Assembly: GCA_903832015.1 (NCBI GenBank)
Contig: CAIKZX010000020.1
Coordinates: 1 to 54,795 of the forward strand
Direction of reading: 5' to 3'
DNA from: an uncultured Actinomycetes bacterium
Lineage (GTDB): Bacteria > Actinomycetota > Acidimicrobiia > Acidimicrobiales > RAAP-2
DNA: 54,795 nucleotides
This document shows positions 50,081-54,795 of the stretch, piece after piece. Under the pieces are notes generated by a model. It saw only the letters and a program-made list of their open reading frames with translations. It had not been told where the DNA came from and ran no database searches. Numbering within the stretch: the stretch's first letter is position 1; each line of letters opens with the position of its first letter. A program made the position numbers and the translations under genes.

Positions 50081-51239
50081 GCCGGTGTACACGCACTGGG
50101 CGACTAGTGAAGATATCTCGAGCCTCAACGTAACCCTGCACGACGCGGGGTCGGGGCTGCACGGAAGGTCACTTGGAGTTTGCCATCGGGGTGGCGAATT
50201 CATTTTTGACCCATTCGCCGCCTACGCCGCAGGATTGGTAACTAACCCCAACATGGTGCTGGCGGGATCGATTGGTGTCGGTAAGAGCACCTTGGTCAAG
50301 ATGTTGCTGGTGCGTGGTCTCGCCGAGGGACGAACGGCTGTGGTTATTGACCCCAAAGGAGAGTATGGGGCCTTGGCCGAACAATGTGGAGTGAAACCAA
50401 TCACCTTCGGACGAGATGGTTGGTGCAATCCCTTTGTTGGTGATGATGAGGAAAATCAAGCTCTCCTTCGCAGAATGCTTGCCGCAACTCAAGGCCGAGA
50501 ACTGAGTGCACTGCAGCGCTTTCAAATATCGCAACTTTGGCGTGAGTGTGTTGACAAAAGCGAGCAGCACATTTTTCAAAAATTGTTTGACGGTGTTGAA
50601 CAACGCCTACGTGACACCGAGGAGTCACCAAGCCGAGAATTGGCGCTGCTCCTGCATCGTTTTGTGCGTGGGGATTTGCGCGGTCTCTTTGACGGACCCG
50701 GTGAACCACTTTCGCTTAGCGGGGACCTGGTAATTCTGGATCTCTCGCAACAGTGGGCGGGAGACAATGTTGCCCTTGTAGCGATGTCTGCAGTGGCGGC
50801 AGCGCAACACACCTTGGTCTCACGGTCAACTCCCGGGTATTTAGTTCTGGATGAATCATGGACACTCTTGCGAGACCATGGCGCCCTTAGGTGGCTGCAG
50901 GGATCGTGGAAGCTCGCCCGCTCACGAGGAATCAGTCATGTCCTCGTGCTACACCGGTGGTCCGACATCGCTTCGGCGGGGGATCGAGGTTCCGCCCAAC
51001 GAGAACGGGCCGCCGGCCTCCTGCGCGAGTGTGAAACGAGTTGGCTGTTTCGACAAGGGGAGGAAGAGGCGAATGAAATGGCCTCGGTTATTGGGCTTAA
51101 CGCCCAAGAGCAAGCCGTCTTAACGACACTGCCTAAGGGCACCGCCCTGGTGCGCTACGCCCAGTATCGCTCAATCGTGGCCATTCAACCCGATGCCCAA
51201 GACCAGGGGGTTGTCGATACCGATCAGGCAATGTTGTGA
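50073..51239 (+). CDS. Stand-alone VirB4-like (HerA/FtsK-superfamily) ATPase motor domain
   Basis: FDPFAAY..G..TNPNM, Walker A GSIGVGKST, IDPKGEY, GDLRGLFDGP, Walker B VLDESW, KLARSRG, DTD at the C-terminus. Confidence 0.8.
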   Translation: MVRPVYTHWATSEDISSLNVTLHDAGSGLHGRSLGVCHRGGEFIFDPFAAYAAGLVTNPNMVLAGSIGVGKSTLVKMLLVRGLAEGRTAVVIDPKGEYGALAEQCGVKPITFGRDGWCNPFVGDDEENQALLRRMLAATQGRELSALQRFQISQLWRECVDKSEQHIFQKLFDGVEQRLRDTEESPSRELALLLHRFVRGDLRGLFDGPGEPLSLSGDLVILDLSQQWAGDNVALVAMSAVAAAQHTLVSRSTPGYLVLDESWTLLRDHGALRWLQGSWKLARSRGISHVLVLHRWSDIASAGDRGSAQRERAAGLLRECETSWLFRQGEEEANEMASVIGLNAQEQAVLTTLPKGTALVRYAQYRSIVAIQPDAQDQGVVDTDQAML

Positions 51240-51260
51240 ATAGGTCACTACCATTCGAGG

Positions 51261-52010
51261 GTGACTGAAGGAAGTACCGGCGACATTCTCGTTATCGATG
51301 TTGGCGCCACGTCAATCAAGAGTGGCGTGGTTAATAGTGAGGGCCAGTTGCTGCACGCCGTGCGCAAGCGCAAAACCCCCCGGCCCTGTGCGCCGAGCGA
51401 ACTAGTAAAGATTTTGTTGCAGCGGATAGGGCGAGAAACACCAACCCGAGTGGTAGTCGGAATTCCGACCGAGTGTCGTGATGGGGTAACGCTCGTTGGT
51501 GGCAATCTGTCGCGGGCGCGAGGGGACAACACTCTGATTGACACCAATTGTGAACTCACGTGGCGGGGTTATCGCCTCCAAGAGGAGCTGACAAAAAAGT
51601 CCGAACGCGAGGTGGTGGTGTTAAATGATGCCGAACTCGCTGCGGTGGGCTGTGTCGCGGGGGTTGGCAAAGAGTTGGTGCTCGCGTTGGGAACAGGTTT
51701 TGGAGTGGCCTTGACATCCGACGGCGTCGTGCAAGCCATCAGGGACTACGGTGATGAATCGTTTGAAGAGGGAACGTATGACTCGAGACTTGGTGAAGAT
51801 GCTCGAAGAGCTGACCCGGCAACGTGGCGAAGCAGCCTGTACCGCGCAGCGAAGGATTTAACGCAAACCTATTCGGCTGAGTCTGTATGGCTGGTCGGCG
51901 GAAATGCCAAGAGACTGAGCCCCCAAGATTTTGAGGGTGTAAGCGCAAAGTTTCGTATTGCCGGAAACGGCGCCCCTTTTCTAGGGGCCACCAAGATTTG
52001 GAAGAACTAA
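51261..52010 (+). CDS. ROK-family sugar kinase (polyphosphate glucokinase-like)
   Basis: IDVGATSIK, VGIP, LNDAELAA, LGTGFG, GGNA; no Zn-Cys motif. Confidence 0.8.
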   Translation: MTEGSTGDILVIDVGATSIKSGVVNSEGQLLHAVRKRKTPRPCAPSELVKILLQRIGRETPTRVVVGIPTECRDGVTLVGGNLSRARGDNTLIDTNCELTWRGYRLQEELTKKSEREVVVLNDAELAAVGCVAGVGKELVLALGTGFGVALTSDGVVQAIRDYGDESFEEGTYDSRLGEDARRADPATWRSSLYRAAKDLTQTYSAESVWLVGGNAKRLSPQDFEGVSAKFRIAGNGAPFLGATKIWKN

Positions 52011-52129
52011 GACCTCGATAATTCGTACTTCATATATGCCAGACACCAGCTGGTGCGCTAGTGGCAGTAGGGACTGCAGAGATTGCAATTACGTCGTTAA
52101 TTCAGTCGGGACCTTTAGAATTGTCGCTT

Positions 52130-53158
52130 ATGGAAAAACACACGATTCGTGTTGGTCTTCTTGCATATGGTGCAATCGGACATGAGCACAACCAGGCCGT
52201 ACAAAACACAGAAGGTCTCGAACTCGTAGCGGTGTGCGACACGAGCCCCGAGCGTATTCAAGCAGCGCTCGAACTGGCCCCTCAAGCCTCCACCTTTAGC
52301 GATGCCGGCGAAATGCTTGCATCGGGTCTTTTGGACCTCGTGGTCATCTCCACTCCGCCCAACAGCCACTTTCAATGGGCCAAGGAGGCGCTCCTGCGAG
52401 GGATTCACGTTGTCCTGGAAAAACCCATGGCCCTCACCGCAGCCCAGTGCGATGAATTAATTTCGCTCGCCGCAAAGTCAGATCTGATGCTGGTGGTGTA
52501 CCAGAACCGCAGATTTGATGAGGACTTCGTGACTATGCGCGAGATTATTCGCTCGGGCGAAATTGGCGAGGTCTACCAGTACGACAGCTTTGTGGGTGGG
52601 TACTCACGACCATGCGATTATTGGCACTCCAATGCGGAGGTGTCGGGGGGCGCAATCTTTGACTGGGGCAGCCACTTTATCGATCAAATCCTAAATATTC
52701 TTCCCGATGAGGTAGCGCACGTCAGTGGTCAGAACCACAAGCGTGTTTGGACCCATGCAACAAATGCCGATCACGCTCAAGTGACGGTGACTTTTACGAA
52801 TGGCAAGCAAGCAACTTTTGTCTACTCCGACCTCGCCGCAGCCCGCAAGCCAAAGTTTTACGTCTTAGGCACTGAAGGTGCGATTGTCGGAGAGTGGGAC
52901 CCCGCCGGCGAACCAGAGGTCGCCGACCTACCCGCAATCTTGACCGTTCACCACAAGGACGGTACCTCACGCATTGCACCACCACAATCACGTGAACCAC
53001 ACGAATTCCACCGCTCCATTGTTGAATTCCTAAACAACGGAACTCGCATGGAGGTCAATGCGCTGCAATCGCGCAATGTCGTCGCAATCATGCAAGCGGC
53101 CGAGCAGTCGGCGCTGGATAATGCGATGCCAGTAACACCCGTCCTCCTCCGGGCCTAG
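52130..53158 (+). CDS. Gfo/Idh/MocA-family oxidoreductase
   Basis: AYGAIG, STPP..H, LEKPM, YQNRRFD, GGAIFDWGSH; start ATG 52130 (TAGAAT 8 nt upstream). Confidence 0.88.
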   Translation: MEKHTIRVGLLAYGAIGHEHNQAVQNTEGLELVAVCDTSPERIQAALELAPQASTFSDAGEMLASGLLDLVVISTPPNSHFQWAKEALLRGIHVVLEKPMALTAAQCDELISLAAKSDLMLVVYQNRRFDEDFVTMREIIRSGEIGEVYQYDSFVGGYSRPCDYWHSNAEVSGGAIFDWGSHFIDQILNILPDEVAHVSGQNHKRVWTHATNADHAQVTVTFTNGKQATFVYSDLAAARKPKFYVLGTEGAIVGEWDPAGEPEVADLPAILTVHHKDGTSRIAPPQSREPHEFHRSIVEFLNNGTRMEVNALQSRNVVAIMQAAEQSALDNAMPVTPVLLRA

Positions 53159-53161
53159 GTC

Positions 53162-54106
53162 GTGGCCGTTAATTGGGGTTTTCTAGGGGCCGGCTTTGTA
53201 GCGAACCGGGGGCTCGCGCCCGCTGTACACAGCGCTAGCGGCGCCACCCTGTACGCCGTAGCCAGCCGTGATCCAGAACGGTCAGCAGCTCTTGAGCCTG
53301 AACGAGTTCATGCGACCTACGACGATCTGTTGACTGATGATCGAGTCGATGCCGTGTACATAAGTTTGGCGAACCATCAACACATCGAATGGGTCACCAA
53401 GGCGCTCGAGGCGGGAAAACATGTACTTTGTGAAAAGCCTCTCGGTTTAAATGAGGCTGAAACAGCCGCCATGTTTGAATGCGCAGCGCGTACTGACCGA
53501 TTACTCGTTGAAGCAGTCTGGGGTAGATGGCACCCTCGCTTCGCCCGCATGGTTGAGTTGGCGGCCAGCGGGGCCATTGGTGATATTGAGCACATCGAGA
53601 CCGCGTTCACCTTTACCTCAGAGATGATTGATAACTATCGACTAAGCCCAGTGATGGGTGGTGGGGCACTACTTGACGTGGGGTGTTATCAGGTACATGC
53701 GTGGGTTGCTTTAACAAATGGAGCCCCCAATGTAGCTATCACCAAGCTTGAACGCACAATTGGTCCAACCGGAATCGACCTGACTACCGATCTCCAAGTA
53801 CAAATCAATGACACCACCACCGCGCACGCGGTGAGCTCATTCGCTCTGCCGAGCCGTCAGGAGTTTGTGGTCAAGGGTTCACAAGGGCGTATGAGCACTG
53901 AAGTAGGGGAGTCTTTCACCACCTGGAATGAAGCCAGCTCCCTACGGGTGAATGATGAAATGGAAGATTTCGCCACCGCTAACGCTTTTGTAAATATGGT
54001 GGAAAATGTAAGCGCAGTCATCCAGGGTGACAGTGGCTGGGTTGTTCCGCACTCTGATTCAATTCGAGTTGCAGCAATCCTTGACGCGATTTCTCAGCAC
54101 CCGTAA
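53162..54106 (+). CDS. Gfo/Idh/MocA-family oxidoreductase
   Basis: WGFLGAG, DAVYI, HVLCEKP, GGGALLDVGCY. Confidence 0.9.
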   Translation: MAVNWGFLGAGFVANRGLAPAVHSASGATLYAVASRDPERSAALEPERVHATYDDLLTDDRVDAVYISLANHQHIEWVTKALEAGKHVLCEKPLGLNEAETAAMFECAARTDRLLVEAVWGRWHPRFARMVELAASGAIGDIEHIETAFTFTSEMIDNYRLSPVMGGGALLDVGCYQVHAWVALTNGAPNVAITKLERTIGPTGIDLTTDLQVQINDTTTAHAVSSFALPSRQEFVVKGSQGRMSTEVGESFTTWNEASSLRVNDEMEDFATANAFVNMVENVSAVIQGDSGWVVPHSDSIRVAAILDAISQHP

Positions 54107-54179
54107 CAGTCCTTATTGGTCAGCGGATGGCCATTTTTAGCAGCACAGGGTGTCTGCTAGAATAGAATTCTGCATCACT

Positions 54180-54253
54180 GCGGCTGTAGCTCAGCGGATG
54201 AGAGCATCGGTCTACGGAACCGAGGGTCGGGGGTTCGAATCCCTCCAGCCGCA
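54180..54253 (+). tRNA. tRNA-Arg(ACG), CCA not encoded
   Basis: GCGGCTGTAGCTCAGCGGATGAGAGCA-TCGGT CTACGGA ACCGA-GGGTCGGGGGTTCGAATCCCTCCAGCCGCA; TAGAAT -10 upstream. Confidence 0.95.
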
Positions 54254-54263
54254 CTGGTAAATC

Positions 54264-54297
54264 TCTAGTAACTGCCTGAACATCAGGAGTAACTAGA
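54264..54297 (+). terminator. Hairpin after tRNA-Arg
   Basis: TCTAGTAACT-G-CCTGA-ACA-TCAGG-AGTAACTAGA (one mismatch, one bulge); no U-tract. Confidence 0.4.
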
Positions 54298-54314
54298 AGT
54301 GGAAAACAACCTAG

Positions 54315-54533
54315 AACCTGCTTCGCAGGGTATCTATCGGGGAGCGTATCGTATTCCTCCTTTATTCACTGGCATTAGAACCAGGTATTTCTCTTGAGAC
54401 TGATATCAATGAGAGAACTTTCACTCCTATTTACGTCACACAAGATAACTTCCAAAAATATGCAAGGAGCGCTTCTTCATTCGAGCAGTTTGCAAAATTG
54501 ATGTCTGAGGAAAAGCCGATACTTTCGCAGTGA
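54315..54533 (+). pseudogene. Start-less 72-codon open frame in AT-rich DNA, probable gene fragment
   Basis: NLLRRVSIGERIVFLLYSLALEPG...EEKPILSQ-stop; no in-frame ATG/GTG until near the end; two 60-nt lines hand-counted at 35% and 38% GC. Confidence 0.35.
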
Positions 54534-54795
54534 CCCCAGGGTTAGCCGCAAGTCAATGTAGTTCCAAGCCAGGTCAAAGACACGGCCAGTTATCTATCTA
54601 ACAGGCGTCACCGACTACCTATTTTCGTTGGTTCCATTTGGCTACGACCCGTCGGTGTGGAATATCACTAACGGGGCTGGCTGACAAACGTATTTACCGC
54701 TCAGAGTGAAGTCGGTCGCCACTCGGACCCTCTTTACTTTGGACCCCATATATCCACAGACACATCAATCCACAACGGGGCACTGAGTAGTCGAC

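Noticed and set aside
47689-54253. Intact integrative conjugative element ending at tRNA-Arg
   Set aside because: No integrase, relaxase, coupling protein or att duplication is visible, and the intervening genes are ordinary metabolic genes.
54750-54774. Two DnaA-box-like 9-mers (ATATCCACA, CAATCCACA) at the window end
   Set aside because: They have one and two mismatches, only two copies are present and the context is truncated, so a DnaA-binding cluster cannot be supported.

Overview
Origin-proximal core chromosome of an actinobacterium, most likely Acidimicrobiia (inferred from gene content, compact FhaA, a dedicated TrpF, poly-Thr tails and moderate GC). The window opens in the 3' end of oriC (DnaA-box-like pair, GGCC, DnaA-trios, AT-rich tract). 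It continues through dnaN-recF-DUF721-gyrB-gyrA, an ABC-F ATPase, heliorhodopsin, the fhaA-fhaB-pstP-pbpA-pknB-crgA cluster (no rodA or pknA), and a complete but fragmented trp gene set. After that come recC-recB-recD, heme a/o synthesis genes, serS, senX3-regX3 and four tRNAs (Leu-CAG, Ile-GAT, Ala-TGC, Arg-ACG). The best candidate for a new system is a compact, translationally coupled four-gene T4SS-like module at 47.7-51.2 kb (VirB2-like pilin, VirB6-like, PrgI/VirB3-like, stand-alone VirB4 motor). It has no coupling protein, relaxase, integrase or att site in the window and sits among housekeeping genes, which suggests a domesticated, possibly DNA-importing machine like archaeal Ced. Other notable signals are a PknB whose activation-loop TQT is replaced by AEE, a histone-H1-like PAKK tail on the GyrA N-terminus, a leaderless uORF with an anti-SD hairpin before the ABC-F, and a CtaG-like protein lacking its usual His motifs. 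All family calls come from motif recognition by eye; no searches were run.
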